This document shows positions 17,297 to 26,695 of a DNA stretch of 32,000 bases, piece after piece. The notes below the pieces were generated by a model. The model was not told where the DNA came from and did no database searches. It was given only the letters and a program-made list of their open reading frames with translations. Made by a program: the position numbers and the translations under genes. The stretch comes from Candidatus Electronema halotolerans. GTDB taxonomy: Bacteria; Desulfobacterota; Desulfobulbia; Desulfobulbales; Desulfobulbaceae. How positions within the stretch are numbered: position 1 is the first letter of the stretch; every line of letters begins with the position of its first letter. The stretch covers positions 1,710,001-1,742,000 of the forward strand of contig OW818675.1 of NCBI GenBank assembly GCA_942493095.1, given 5' to 3'.

Positions 17297-18538
17297 TCAC
17301 AGCCGCCTGCCGAAATGCAGCACGCTTTTGGCGATGACTGCGCCGGTGTGGGACTGGGTCCAGTCATGGTGGCGGTCATCAAAGGGCAGAAAGACTAAGG
17401 AGGCGGCCTGTGCTGCCGGGGCCGCGCCGGAGAGCTGGGAATATATTTCACGTCCGCTGGCGGCGCAGGCAGCCAGCACCACTTTGAGTGATTGCAAGGC
17501 CTCGCTGCGGGGCAGAGTCACTGGATGCGGACTGACCAGCTCCTTGATTTTTGTCTGCCGCTCCGGCAGCAAATACCGCTGACTGATGGTGAGCTGCTTG
17601 CTGACCCGGAGAAACATTTCCGGGCGCAGCTTGAAGGCTGGAATCCAGAACTGCATGGCCTGCCGCCGCCACTCCGGGCGCGGCACCAGCGGCTGGTTGG
17701 TGCGCTCGATGAAATCTGCAAAGCTGCGGAGGCGCAAGGAAGGGAATTGGACAGCAATTTTCCAGAACGGCAGATGCAGGGCCGCCTGCCAATCGTTAGG
17801 AACGACTTTGCAGGCCACTCCCTCCAAGGCATCTTTGCCAATCTGCCAGGCCGTGTCGCAGTTGGGGCAGAGCGGGACAAGGCAGTCGCCCTCGCCGTCC
17901 AGTGTGCCGCCGCAGCGTGGACAGAGGGCGGCGAGAAATCGGGTTTGCCAATGGGGCTGAACGGGAACACCGTTTTTCAGCACTCCGACGGAACTGGGCA
18001 GCGGTTCGCCCAGCACTGCGTCAAACAGCCCGTCTTCTCGCGGCAGCAGCGGCAGATAGATAAAGCTGACTGTCTCGCCGATATAGGCATGGTGATGGAC
18101 CTGCTTCTCAGCATGGCCTTCCATCAGATTGTGCAGCTTGGTGGCCTTGAAGAAAATATCTCTGACTGTAAGAGCGAGCGGCAAAAAGCGGCCCTTGGTT
18201 TCGCTGTGAACTCGCACTAATTTCATGGCTTGAGGTCGGAGGCCGAGGGAGGCGGGCAGGCCCGGCTGACCGCAGCCATCGTGAGTGGTGTCCAAGACCC
18301 GGTAGGAAACCCCGCTGTCTGTCACAGAAAAGACAGTGCCTTTGAAGCGCAGATAGGGCGCGTAAATCAGGCGGGCCTGATCTTTGGCCCGGTTGGGCAA
18401 GGCATAGCGGAACGGCGCGCCGCCGGTGAGGAGAAAACTTTTGACCTTGCAGTAGGGACAGGTGAGCAGGCGGTCGTCTGCATCTAACGTGACCGGGCCG
18501 CCGCACTGCGGGCAGGGCTGCTCGACCCGCAGGCTCAC
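17297..18538 (-). CDS. TFIIB-type zinc-ribbon-containing protein, partner of SPFH protein
   Basis: CPQCGGPVTLDADDRLLTCPYCKVKSFL and CPRCGGTLDGEGDCLVPLCPNC zinc-ribbon motifs; GTG start overlapping the upstream stop as GTGA. Confidence 0.75.
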   Translation of the reverse strand: MSLRVEQPCPQCGGPVTLDADDRLLTCPYCKVKSFLLTGGAPFRYALPNRAKDQARLIYAPYLRFKGTVFSVTDSGVSYRVLDTTHDGCGQPGLPASLGLRPQAMKLVRVHSETKGRFLPLALTVRDIFFKATKLHNLMEGHAEKQVHHHAYIGETVSFIYLPLLPREDGLFDAVLGEPLPSSVGVLKNGVPVQPHWQTRFLAALCPRCGGTLDGEGDCLVPLCPNCDTAWQIGKDALEGVACKVVPNDWQAALHLPFWKIAVQFPSLRLRSFADFIERTNQPLVPRPEWRRQAMQFWIPAFKLRPEMFLRVSKQLTISQRYLLPERQTKIKELVSPHPVTLPRSEALQSLKVVLAACAASGREIYSQLSGAAPAAQAASLVFLPFDDRHHDWTQSHTGAVIAKSVLHFGRRL

Positions 18539-19656
18539 AGCTTCAAGCCGCAGCCATTGCAGAACTTGGCTCCGGGCAGATTCTCCTGCTTGCAGGCCGC
18601 GCAGATGATCGCGGCAGGCTTTTGATCCGCAGGCTGGCCGCAGCGGGAGCAGAACTTGGCTCCGGGAGTGAGATTCTTGCCGCAGTTGGCGCACTGCATG
18701 AGGACAATCTGCTGATGACCGCAGAGCGGGCAGAAACGGGCCTGAGCCGGAATCGAGTTGCCGCAGTCAGAGCAGCGGCTGACCGCCGCAGAAGCTGCTT
18801 GCCCTGCTGTTCCCTGCTGTAGTCCCGCGAACATGGCAGGCATCATCAGGCCCATGCCCAGCCCCAATCCAGCTCCGGCCTCGCCGCCGCTCTGGGCCGC
18901 CTTTTCCATAGCCATTGCCGCTTTCATGCGGACAAACTTGTCCATGTCCTTGATCACGCCAAGGCGACTGCGGTCGTCAATCGCGGCCTGCACCTCTTCC
19001 GGCGGCGTGATGGAGGAGATGTACAGCTCATCCAAGGCCAGACCAAGCCGGACAAAATCCCGGACCAGCCGTTTGCGCATCTCCAAGGCCATCTCGTCAA
19101 ACTGAGACGGCAGGCTGAACAGGGTGTCAACAGTTTCGCCAAGATAGTCGTTGAGCCGGGAAACAATCACCCGGCCCAGATACTCTTCAATCTGATCCGT
19201 ATTGTATTTGCCCATTGTCCCAGCCAAGGTGTTGATGAACAGCACTGGCTGGATGACCCGGATGTTGCAAATCCCGTGCGCCCGCAGGCGGACAAAGCCC
19301 AGCTCTGAGTCGCGGAAGGCCATGGGATCGCGGGTGCCCCATTTCAGATTGGGAAAGAGCTTGAGATTGACAAAATAGACCTCAGCCCGCAGCGGGCTGC
19401 TCATGCCCCACGGCGCGGAAAACAGCTTGGTGATGATCGGAATGTTGCCGGTGCGCAGGGTGTGGCGGCCCGGGCCAAAGACATCGCCAGCCCGGCCTTT
19501 GTAATACAAAACCGCTGCCTGGCTTTCGCGCACCGTGAGCTGGGCACCGAACTTGATTTCGCCGGAACCTTTTTCCGGCAGGCGGTGGAGCAGCTCCTGG
19601 CCGCTCTCATCAAACCATTCCAGATTTTCCAGCAGAATCAGGTTGTCGGCACTCAT
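18535..19656 (-). CDS. SPFH/band-7-domain protein with C-terminal double-zinc ribbons (COG4260-like)
   Basis: SPFH-like body, GAGLGLGMGLMMP linker, three CxxC...CxxC ribbons; ATG at 19656 preceded by GGAG. Confidence 0.82.
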   Translation of the reverse strand: MSADNLILLENLEWFDESGQELLHRLPEKGSGEIKFGAQLTVRESQAAVLYYKGRAGDVFGPGRHTLRTGNIPIITKLFSAPWGMSSPLRAEVYFVNLKLFPNLKWGTRDPMAFRDSELGFVRLRAHGICNIRVIQPVLFINTLAGTMGKYNTDQIEEYLGRVIVSRLNDYLGETVDTLFSLPSQFDEMALEMRKRLVRDFVRLGLALDELYISSITPPEEVQAAIDDRSRLGVIKDMDKFVRMKAAMAMEKAAQSGGEAGAGLGLGMGLMMPAMFAGLQQGTAGQAASAAVSRCSDCGNSIPAQARFCPLCGHQQIVLMQCANCGKNLTPGAKFCSRCGQPADQKPAAIICAACKQENLPGAKFCNGCGLKL

Positions 19657-19711
19657 TGCAGCTCCATTTGAAAAAAGCAAAGCATTCTCACAGCCCGGTC
19701 AGCAGAACAAC

Positions 19712-19969
19712 TCAGTCAATATCCGGCTTGCGGTAGTATTTCACGTTTTCCGAATGAGTTGGCGGCGGCTCCTCGTTCAGAACCCTGTTGATGCGGCTGG
19801 GCATCTTTGTCACCGGCTCTTTCATGATCAATTCATAGCCGATGGAAAAGACCAGCAGGAATCCCGCAAGCATGAACAATTTCTTTTTTCGCCACTCTGA
19901 GGGCAGAAAGATAAGCCCAACAGTGGCGGCAATCATAATGTAGAGATGATACTCGACCAGCATGGACAT
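19712..19969 (-). CDS. Small membrane protein of unknown function
   Basis: 85 aa with two hydrophobic segments; co-directional with the SPFH gene. Confidence 0.6.
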   Translation of the reverse strand: MSMLVEYHLYIMIAATVGLIFLPSEWRKKKLFMLAGFLLVFSIGYELIMKEPVTKMPSRINRVLNEEPPPTHSENVKYYRKPDID

Positions 19970-20024
19970 GAGCTGCGCCCTCCTCTGTATTTTTTTGCAA
20001 TCAAGTCATCGACAATAAATAATC

Positions 20025-21413
20025 TTAGTTCTTGGCCAGCACGTCAAAATCCATTGCTTCAGCATAGCGGAGCAGCCAAGTCATATCAATGCCGCGTCCT
20101 TTGACAGTGACAATGAACCGGCTGGCAACCACGATATTGATCTCGCCGCTGTGTTCCTCTTCATTGTATTTTATCATGGCCCGCTGCCTTTTGATGGTCT
20201 TGAGGTTGCCGCCTGAAGCTCCTGCGAAAAGCGGATTGTTGAGCATCATGATAATGGATTGCAGAACCGGAGAATCAGAAACAATCTCAATGGAAATCAC
20301 AGAGCCGTTCTGGGTGAAATAATCACGGCTGACAGTTGAGCCGCCGCCGAAAACAGCAGTGCCAAGGGATTGCGACACAGCTTCTTTGGCCTGCCAGCCG
20401 TAAAACGGTTCCGGCAGCAATTTCTTGAGCAGTTCGGTTTTTTTCTGGCGGATCAGGTGGGCGGCGTAATCAAGATTGGAAACCGCGCCTGCGAAATCCT
20501 TGCTCCTGTACTGCCGCATGGCCTCTTCAACAGCAGCAACAATGTCATCCTGCGCTGCTGGAGGGGCAAGAACAGGGGCAGGAAACGCCGGGCTGCCGGA
20601 CTGCTGCACTGCTTGTTGTCCAGCAGAAGCAGAGGTCATGGCCGGCAGAACTGCCTGCGGTGCTGAGGAGGCGGGCAAGCTCTGCGGCGGTTCAGGCACA
20701 GGCCAGCCTGAGTCTTGCCTGAACTGCGGTTGTGCTCTATTTTGCGACTGCGCCGGAGAACTGCCGCTGTTCTGCTGCCTGTTGGGAACAGCGGCTGGAG
20801 AGACGGACTGCGGCTGGCTTGGCACCGAAGCGGCTGGCTTTTCCGGCAGCTGCTCCTTAACAGGGGCTTGCGCCTCAATGACGACAATCTCCTGATCAGG
20901 ATAGGCGGACCAAGTTGACGGTTGGCCCGCGCCCTGCGCCGGAACAGCACTGTCCTGCTGCCTGTTGGGAACAGCGGCTGGAGAGACGGACTGCGGCTGG
21001 CTTGGCACCGAAGCGGCTGGCTTTTCCGGCAGCTGCTCCTCAACAGGGGCCTGCGCCTCAATGATGACAGCTTCCTGAGCCGGGGCAGCGTTGTTCTGCT
21101 GTCCGCTGGAAAGAGCATCAGCAGGAGCTGCGGCGGCAGGCTCTGCCTGCGGGGTTGTTTTTTCCTCAGCAGGCAGTTCCTGAGCCGGGGCATCAGCAGA
21201 AGGCTGCGTTTCCTGCGGGGAGTCTTGATCCACAAGCTGCCAAATATCAATGGCTTGAATAAGCGCATCGTCCTGAGACTGCTGCGGAGTGCTGCTGTCG
21301 GCAGCTTGAGTCGTTGGCATTTGCTCATCTGCTGCTGCTGCCGACAGCGGGCCGCTTGCTGCCAAGGCCAGTAAAACAACAGCAAAAACAGGCTTCCTGA
21401 TGGTCTGTTTCAT
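20025..21413 (-). CDS. Secreted/periplasmic Pro/Gln/Ala-rich protein of unknown function with a conserved-looking C-terminal domain
   Basis: Signal peptide MKQTIRKPVFAVVLLALAASGPLSAAAADEQ, low-complexity middle with duplicated module, folded-looking C terminus. Confidence 0.7.
   Translation of the reverse strand: MKQTIRKPVFAVVLLALAASGPLSAAAADEQMPTTQAADSSTPQQSQDDALIQAIDIWQLVDQDSPQETQPSADAPAQELPAEEKTTPQAEPAAAAPADALSSGQQNNAAPAQEAVIIEAQAPVEEQLPEKPAASVPSQPQSVSPAAVPNRQQDSAVPAQGAGQPSTWSAYPDQEIVVIEAQAPVKEQLPEKPAASVPSQPQSVSPAAVPNRQQNSGSSPAQSQNRAQPQFRQDSGWPVPEPPQSLPASSAPQAVLPAMTSASAGQQAVQQSGSPAFPAPVLAPPAAQDDIVAAVEEAMRQYRSKDFAGAVSNLDYAAHLIRQKKTELLKKLLPEPFYGWQAKEAVSQSLGTAVFGGGSTVSRDYFTQNGSVISIEIVSDSPVLQSIIMMLNNPLFAGASGGNLKTIKRQRAMIKYNEEEHSGEINIVVASRFIVTVKGRGIDMTWLLRYAEAMDFDVLAKN
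20772..21063. repeat. Direct duplication of a 109-bp coding module (20772-20880 and 20955-21063, offset 183 bp)
   Basis: Copies differ at about 2 positions; encodes APVxEQLPEKPAASVPSQPQSVSPAAVPNRQQ twice. Confidence 0.88.
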
Positions 21414-21499
21414 GACAAGGTTTTGTGAAACGGAAATGTTTTATGCTGTCTATGTGATACCAAGCAGCAGGAGCACTGTCAAGCGCGGAGGATATTTGT

Positions 21500-22771
21500 T
21501 CAAAAACGGTCGGTGAAATAGGGTTCCAGCACTTCGGGCAGCCGGACAGTGCCGTCTTCCTGCTGATAGTTCTCCAAGATCGCCAGCAAAGTCCGTCCGA
21601 CAGCCAAGCCGGAGCCGTTCAAGGTGTGAACATGACGGCTTTTCTTCTCACCCTCAGGTCGGTAGCGGATGCCCGCCCGTCTTGCCTGAAAATCCAAGAA
21701 GTTTGAGCAGGAGGAGATTTCCCGGTACGTGTTCTGCCCTGGCAGCCAGACTTCAATGTCATACGTCTTGGTCGAAGAAAAACCAAGATCACCGGCGCAG
21801 AGCAACATGACCCGATAGGGCAGGCCAAGAAGCTGGAGCACTTCCTCGGCATCAGCGAGCAGCGATTCCAGCTCCTGATCCGAAGTCTCCGGGGTGGTCA
21901 ATTTGACCAATTCCACCTTGTCAAACTGATGCTGACGGATCAGGCCGCGTGTGTCCTTGCCGTAGGAACCAGCCTCAGAGCGGAAGCAGGGCGTGTAGGC
22001 GGTGTATTTGAGCGGCAGATCCGCTGCGTTCAAGGTGGTGTCAGCATGAATGTTGGTCAGCGGCACTTCCGCAGTCGGAATCAGCCAGAGATCACGGTCT
22101 TCAATTTTAAACAGGTCTTCTTTGAACTTGGGCAGCTGGCCAGTGCCGGTCATGGACTTGGAATTGACCATGAACGGCGGCAGAAATTCCGTGTAGCCAT
22201 GCTTCTGGGTGTGCAAATCAAGAAAGAAATTGATCAAGGCTCTCGACAGCCGGGAGGCAAAGCCTTTGAGCAGGGAAAAGCGCGCCCCGGAGAGCTTGGC
22301 CGCTGTCTCGAAATCAAGAATGCCGAGCTGCTCGCCCACTTCCCAGTGCGGCTTGGGGGCAAAGGAAAACTCAGGAATCCCGCCCCAGCGGCGCACCTCA
22401 AGGTTGTCGCGCTCATCGCTGCCCGCAGGCACAGCACTGTCGCAGAGGTTGGGAATCGACAGCACCGTCTCATCAAGCTGGCTCTGAATTTCGGCCAGAC
22501 ATTTATCCAAGGCCGTGATCCGGTCAGAAACCGTCCGCATGTTGGCTATCAGCGGTTCGGCCTGCTCTTCCTTGCCTGTTTTTTTCAACGCGGCGATTTC
22601 CTTGGACACGGTGTTGCGCTGATTTTTGAGCTGCTCCGACTCGCTCAGAATTGTCAGCCGCCGGGCATCGGCAGCGGCAAAGGTGTCCAGCAGGTCCGTG
22701 CTCATGCCCCGGCTGATGCATTTGGCCCGGACAAGACTGAGGTTTTCCCGGATAAAGCGTAATTCAAGCAT
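21500..22771 (-). CDS. serS: Serine--tRNA ligase
   Basis: [14 protein letters not shown]..., [55 protein letters not shown] and [22 protein letters not shown] motifs. Confidence 0.97.
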   Translation of the reverse strand: MLELRFIRENLSLVRAKCISRGMSTDLLDTFAAADARRLTILSESEQLKNQRNTVSKEIAALKKTGKEEQAEPLIANMRTVSDRITALDKCLAEIQSQLDETVLSIPNLCDSAVPAGSDERDNLEVRRWGGIPEFSFAPKPHWEVGEQLGILDFETAAKLSGARFSLLKGFASRLSRALINFFLDLHTQKHGYTEFLPPFMVNSKSMTGTGQLPKFKEDLFKIEDRDLWLIPTAEVPLTNIHADTTLNAADLPLKYTAYTPCFRSEAGSYGKDTRGLIRQHQFDKVELVKLTTPETSDQELESLLADAEEVLQLLGLPYRVMLLCAGDLGFSSTKTYDIEVWLPGQNTYREISSCSNFLDFQARRAGIRYRPEGEKKSRHVHTLNGSGLAVGRTLLAILENYQQEDGTVRLPEVLEPYFTDRF

Positions 22772-22961
22772 GATGACAGATGAAGTGGATAAAATGAAGG
22801 TTCAGAAGCTAGGCCTGCCTGTTTCAGCATGACGCAGCTTGGGCCGCAACTGATATTCAATTGATTTTGCCCTGCGGGTCTGTTACATAGAAAACCATCC
22901 CCGCAGCGGCAGCGCAGGGGATATTCGCCATCCTGACAGCAATTCCGACTTTTCGCAACCT

Positions 22962-23687
22962 GTGCAACAACATCTCAGCAATCTTGCCCTGTTTCTGGCC
23001 GAGCTGCGCAGCTCGCTCCGCTTTCTTCTGATCAGCCTGATCAGCCTGACCGCAGGCATTTTTCTGCTCTCCTCCGGCCTGATCACGGTCTTTCAGGAGC
23101 ATCTGCATGAAAAAATTTATTTCTTTTCCGTGGCCGGACCCTTTCTCGCCCATGTCAAGGCCGCCTTTTTCGGAGCGGTCTATGTTCTCATGCCGCTGTT
23201 CATCCACGTTCTCTGGAAGGCCTTGGGCAAGCCCTTTGCCGTGACCGGGCAGAAACTGTTCTGGCTCACCGCCGCGACCTGCCTGCTTTTTTACAGCGGC
23301 ACCCTGTTCTGCTATTTTGTCACCCTGCCCTACGGCATCAGCTTTCTGCTCAGTTTTCAGTCGGAAAATTTGCGCCCGCTGATTTCCATTGACAGCTTTG
23401 TCAACTTCATCAGCATCTTTATTCTCGCCTTTGGCCTGATCTTTGAGCTGCCGGTCTTTATGATTTTTTCTGTGCAGACCGGGGCGCTGTCCCGCCATTT
23501 TTATGAGAAGAACCGCCGCTTCGCCATTCTCGCCATTGCCATTCTCGCCGCTGTCCTGACTCCGACCCCGGATGTGGTCAACATGGCCTTCATGGGTGTG
23601 CCGCTTTATCTGCTCTACGAAAGCGGCATCTTGGTCATTCGGCTGCTGCGGCTTGACAAAGCAGATGCAGCGGTCAAAATTCAATAA
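22962..23687 (+). CDS. tatC: Sec-independent protein translocase TatC
   Basis: Six-TM topology, HLSNLALFLAELRSSLRF, GLIFELPVFMIF and RRFAILAIAILAAVLTPTPDVVNMAFMGVPLYLLYE; GTG start. Confidence 0.92.
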   Translation: MQQHLSNLALFLAELRSSLRFLLISLISLTAGIFLLSSGLITVFQEHLHEKIYFFSVAGPFLAHVKAAFFGAVYVLMPLFIHVLWKALGKPFAVTGQKLFWLTAATCLLFYSGTLFCYFVTLPYGISFLLSFQSENLRPLISIDSFVNFISIFILAFGLIFELPVFMIFSVQTGALSRHFYEKNRRFAILAIAILAAVLTPTPDVVNMAFMGVPLYLLYESGILVIRLLRLDKADAAVKIQ

Positions 23688-24126
23688 GGCGGAGGCCGTG
23701 CCGTTGGAGCAAGGCGGCAGTCACGCCGAGCTGCGGAGTCAGGCCGCAGGAAGGGCTGCGCGCCTTGAGCAGGGCCAGCCGGATATTCTGCGCTTGGGCA
23801 ATATGCAGCACCGCCGCAGCTCCGGCACAAAACTGCTTGGTCAGGTCCGCGCCTTCCCGGTTGATGACCCGCGCCCTGCCGTCCAGCACAGCCTCGCCGT
23901 CGCCGCCAGTCAGATCCGCAGCAATGCGGGGCGTGGACAGGCCGCCAAGCTGCTCCGGGCAGACAGGAATATACTGACAATGGCGCAGTCTTGCCAAACA
24001 GTGGCTGTCCGGCTTGCTGCGTCCGTCATAGCGGGTGCAAAGCCCGATCAGGCAGCTGCTGACAAGGCAGGGTTCAGCGTTGTTTTCGCGCATAAGCGTC
24101 AAACTATAGTGCATCATGCAGAACAA
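23674..24126 (-). CDS. DUF523 domain-containing protein (true start possibly 24093)
   Basis: VSSCLIGLCTRYDGRSK..., VCPEQLGGLSTPR and LLKARSPSCG motifs. Confidence 0.88.
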   Translation of the reverse strand: MFCMMHYSLTLMRENNAEPCLVSSCLIGLCTRYDGRSKPDSHCLARLRHCQYIPVCPEQLGGLSTPRIAADLTGGDGEAVLDGRARVINREGADLTKQFCAGAAAVLHIAQAQNIRLALLKARSPSCGLTPQLGVTAALLQRHGLRLIEF

Positions 24127-24177
24127 GCCAACTGAAATATGCGGCAGGATGCCAGAACAGGAACAAGGAGAGAGGGC

Positions 24178-24522
24178 ATGACAGACCGGCGGCGAAGCTA
24201 TCTCAACCAGCGGGAGAAACGGGCCTTGGTGCGGATTCTCTCAGCTGCCGCCTTGTCCGCCCTGCTCTTTTTCCTTTTTGCCCCGCACTGCGGCCTGCGC
24301 GCCCATTGGCTGATGCAGGAAAAAAATGAGGAACTGCGGCAGAAGAACAGCGGGCTGGTGCAGGAGAACCTGCGCCTGCAGAAAGAAATAAGCCGCATCC
24401 AGCATGATGACCGCTACTTGGAGCAGATTGCCAGAGAAAAATACAACATGCTGCGGAAAAACGAGGAGGTCTATTACATCGCCCCGCCGCCTGCTGAGGA
24501 ACAAAGCGATGTCAGCCCCTGA
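24178..24522 (+). CDS. ftsB: FtsB/DivIC-like septum formation initiator family protein
   Basis: Single TM followed by coiled coil (ENLRLQKEISRIQHDDRYLEQIAREKYNMLRKNEEVYYI); upstream AGGAGAGAGGGC. Confidence 0.82.
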   Translation: MTDRRRSYLNQREKRALVRILSAAALSALLFFLFAPHCGLRAHWLMQEKNEELRQKNSGLVQENLRLQKEISRIQHDDRYLEQIAREKYNMLRKNEEVYYIAPPPAEEQSDVSP

Positions 24523-25300
24523 TCCTGCCGCCTTGGCCCTGCTGCTTTGTCAGACCCGCAGCCTCTTAGTCAGTCATCTGGAGCTGGGCATCACTGCCTA
24601 TCCAGCCACGCCGGAGCTGCGCCGCTTTGCCGTTGCCCGGACAGCAAATTTTCAGCCCGCAGGAGGAGCGGCAAATCCCCGGCCAGAAACAGTTGCCAGA
24701 CAGCCCGCAGCGGCCAAGCAGTCGGTGCTCAGTTTGCCGGACTTTGCCGGACAGCTAGCCGTCTGCCGCCGCTGCGGGCCAGAAGCTGGGCCCTGTCCCG
24801 GCATGGGCAGGGCCGGTGCCAGGCTGGCCGTGATTGGTCCCTGCCGCGTCGGGGCAACTTTGGACAGGGAAATGCTCTGGGGCCAGCGTGAAGATGAAAT
24901 GTTCTGGCGGATGATGGCGGCCATTGATTTGCACCAGGCGGACGTTTATGTCACCAATGTGGTCAAATGCGGCCAGCCGAGCGAGCTGGGGCCGGACAGC
25001 GGGGCCGAACGCCGCTGTCTAGCCTGGCTGGAGCAGGAGCTGCGGGCAGTCCAGCCCAAGGTAATTTGCGCAATGGGTGACATTGCCGCCAATGCCCTGC
25101 TCGGCAGAGCAAAGCCTGCGCCTGTGGCCCGGCTGCGGGGCAAGTTGTACCGCTGCCCTTGGCCCGGCATCACTGCCCCGGTCGTGCCCACCTACCATCC
25201 CCGCCACCTTCTCCTGCAACCGGAGCTGGTTCAGATAGAGATGAAACGGGCGGCATGGCAGGACTTGCAGGCCATTCAACGAAAGCTGAGGGATTTATGA
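24509..25300 (+). CDS. Uracil-DNA glycosylase superfamily (family 4-like) protein with atypical motifs
   Basis: VYVTNVVKC and PTYHPRHLL motifs plus Cys-containing segments; ATG at 24509 overlaps the ftsB-like gene. Confidence 0.78.
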   Translation: MSAPDPAALALLLCQTRSLLVSHLELGITAYPATPELRRFAVARTANFQPAGGAANPRPETVARQPAAAKQSVLSLPDFAGQLAVCRRCGPEAGPCPGMGRAGARLAVIGPCRVGATLDREMLWGQREDEMFWRMMAAIDLHQADVYVTNVVKCGQPSELGPDSGAERRCLAWLEQELRAVQPKVICAMGDIAANALLGRAKPAPVARLRGKLYRCPWPGITAPVVPTYHPRHLLLQPELVQIEMKRAAWQDLQAIQRKLRDL

Positions 25301-25920
25301 GCAAACCTGTGCGGCTGCATCTGCTCCGGCATGGCCCGACCACTGCTCCGCAAGGCTGTTTTGCAGGCAGCACGGATCTGCCCTTGTCCGGGCAGGGGCT
25401 GGAGGGCCTGCCTGCGCTGCTGCCGCATCTGCAAGGCGTGGAAATGTGGCATTGCAGCCCGCTGCGCCGCGCCTGCCAGACCTTGGAGCATCTGCGGACA
25501 CAGGGCTGCCGGATTGAGCAGCCTCTGTACGATGCCCGGCTGCGGGAGATTGATTTCGGCGCATGGGAAATGAAAACTTTTGCCGAGATTGCTGCCGCTG
25601 CTCCAGAAAAAATCACTGCCTGGCAAGAGGACTATGAAGGCTTTGTCTTCCCGGAAGGCGAGGCTGTGGCTGATTTTCTCTGCCGGACTAAGGAGATGCT
25701 GGCTGTGCTCGCCGCCTCCGGCAGTCAGGTCGCCGCCGTCACCCACGGCGGGGTGATCCGGGCCATGCTCTGCGCCGCGCTCAACCTGCCGCCGCGCAGT
25801 TATCTGCTCTTTGACGTGCGGCCCGCCTCTCTGACCGTGCTGGATATTTTTTCTCAAGGGGCGGTGCTGCGGGCGTTGAATCTTCCGGTCTGCCACCCAT
25901 CAGTTTTTTCGGCCCTGTGA
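25297..25920 (+). CDS. Histidine phosphatase family protein (alpha-ribazole phosphatase/phosphoglycerate mutase-like)
   Basis: LHLLRHGPTTAPQGCFAGSTDLPLSGQGLEG, REIDFGAWEMKTF and VTHGGVIR; ATGA overlap with upstream gene. Confidence 0.9.
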   Translation: MSKPVRLHLLRHGPTTAPQGCFAGSTDLPLSGQGLEGLPALLPHLQGVEMWHCSPLRRACQTLEHLRTQGCRIEQPLYDARLREIDFGAWEMKTFAEIAAAAPEKITAWQEDYEGFVFPEGEAVADFLCRTKEMLAVLAASGSQVAAVTHGGVIRAMLCAALNLPPRSYLLFDVRPASLTVLDIFSQGAVLRALNLPVCHPSVFSAL

Positions 25921-26212
25921 AATGACAGTTGTCAAAGTTTCTCATCATCTCCATAGCTGTGAGTCTTGAAGCGATGCCCTGTAATCGCGCACCATTGGCA
26001 ATGAAAAGACGGAGCGTATGGCATGGGAGCAGAACATCTCTGCTCCCCGCAACCAATCCTCAGATAATCGCCTTCATTACGCTCATTCAGCTCCAGCCCT
26101 TTGCCGATCACATGGTCGTCATGAAATCTTGCAGCAGCGAACAAGGGCGTGGTTGCAGCAGCTCATGGCGGAGATTGTGCGGGGGGTAAGTGCAAGTGGT
26201 AAGGGATGCACC

Positions 26213-26695
26213 CTACCCAATTTCCCGCAGCAGCACCTCCCTCCGCCGCTCCTTGGGCAGCTCGTCCGCATCAACGATTCGCAGGGCCTTGGTCGGGCAG
26301 GAGGCCACGCAGGCCGGGATTTCGCGGTCAGGGCAGCGGTCGCATTTCACGGCCAGATGCAGGTCCGCATCGCGGGCCACCACGCCAAAGGGGCAGGCCA
26401 TGATGCAGGACCAGCAGCCGATGCAGCGTTCATCTTTGCGCTGCACCACGCCCCGCTCGTCCCGGTACAAGCTGCCGGTGATGCAGGCGGCCATGCAGGG
26501 CGAGTCATCGCAGTGATGGCAGAGAATCGGGGCTTTCATGCCGCCCTGCTGCTCGACAAAGAGCCGCTTTTTCGGCGGATGAATCTGGCGGATGGCGGCG
26601 AAGAGGTTCTTCGTCTCAGCGTGCTCGACCCGGCACTGGATTTCACAGGTTCGGCAGCCGAGACAGCGGTCAGCCCGCACGTAAATCAGTTGCAT
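26213..26695 (-). CDS. cooF: CooF-like 4Fe-4S ferredoxin partner of CO dehydrogenase
   Basis: CLGCRTCEIQC, CHHCDDSPCMAAC, CIGCWSCIMACPFG and CDRCPD...CVASCPTKAL; start 26695 overlaps the cooS 3' end. Confidence 0.9.
   Translation of the reverse strand: MQLIYVRADRCLGCRTCEIQCRVEHAETKNLFAAIRQIHPPKKRLFVEQQGGMKAPILCHHCDDSPCMAACITGSLYRDERGVVQRKDERCIGCWSCIMACPFGVVARDADLHLAVKCDRCPDREIPACVASCPTKALRIVDADELPKERRREVLLREIG

Noticed and set aside
17492-18220. 242-aa plus-strand ORF antisense to the zinc-ribbon gene
   Set aside because: The opposite strand has convincing zinc ribbons and translational coupling; this ORF appears to be a shadow.
26025-26047. GGGAGCAGA-acatc-TCTGCTCCC hairpin between the histidine phosphatase and cooF
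   Set aside because: A perfect 9-bp stem, but without a U-tract on either side. It is possibly a processing or attenuation element, with no further support for a functional call.
25921-26212. Short ORFs (up to 258 aa listed, 26018-26794 +) in and across the cooF/phosphatase gap
   Set aside because: They run antisense into cooF and carry no domain signal; the gap may hold decayed coding DNA but I could not identify any.
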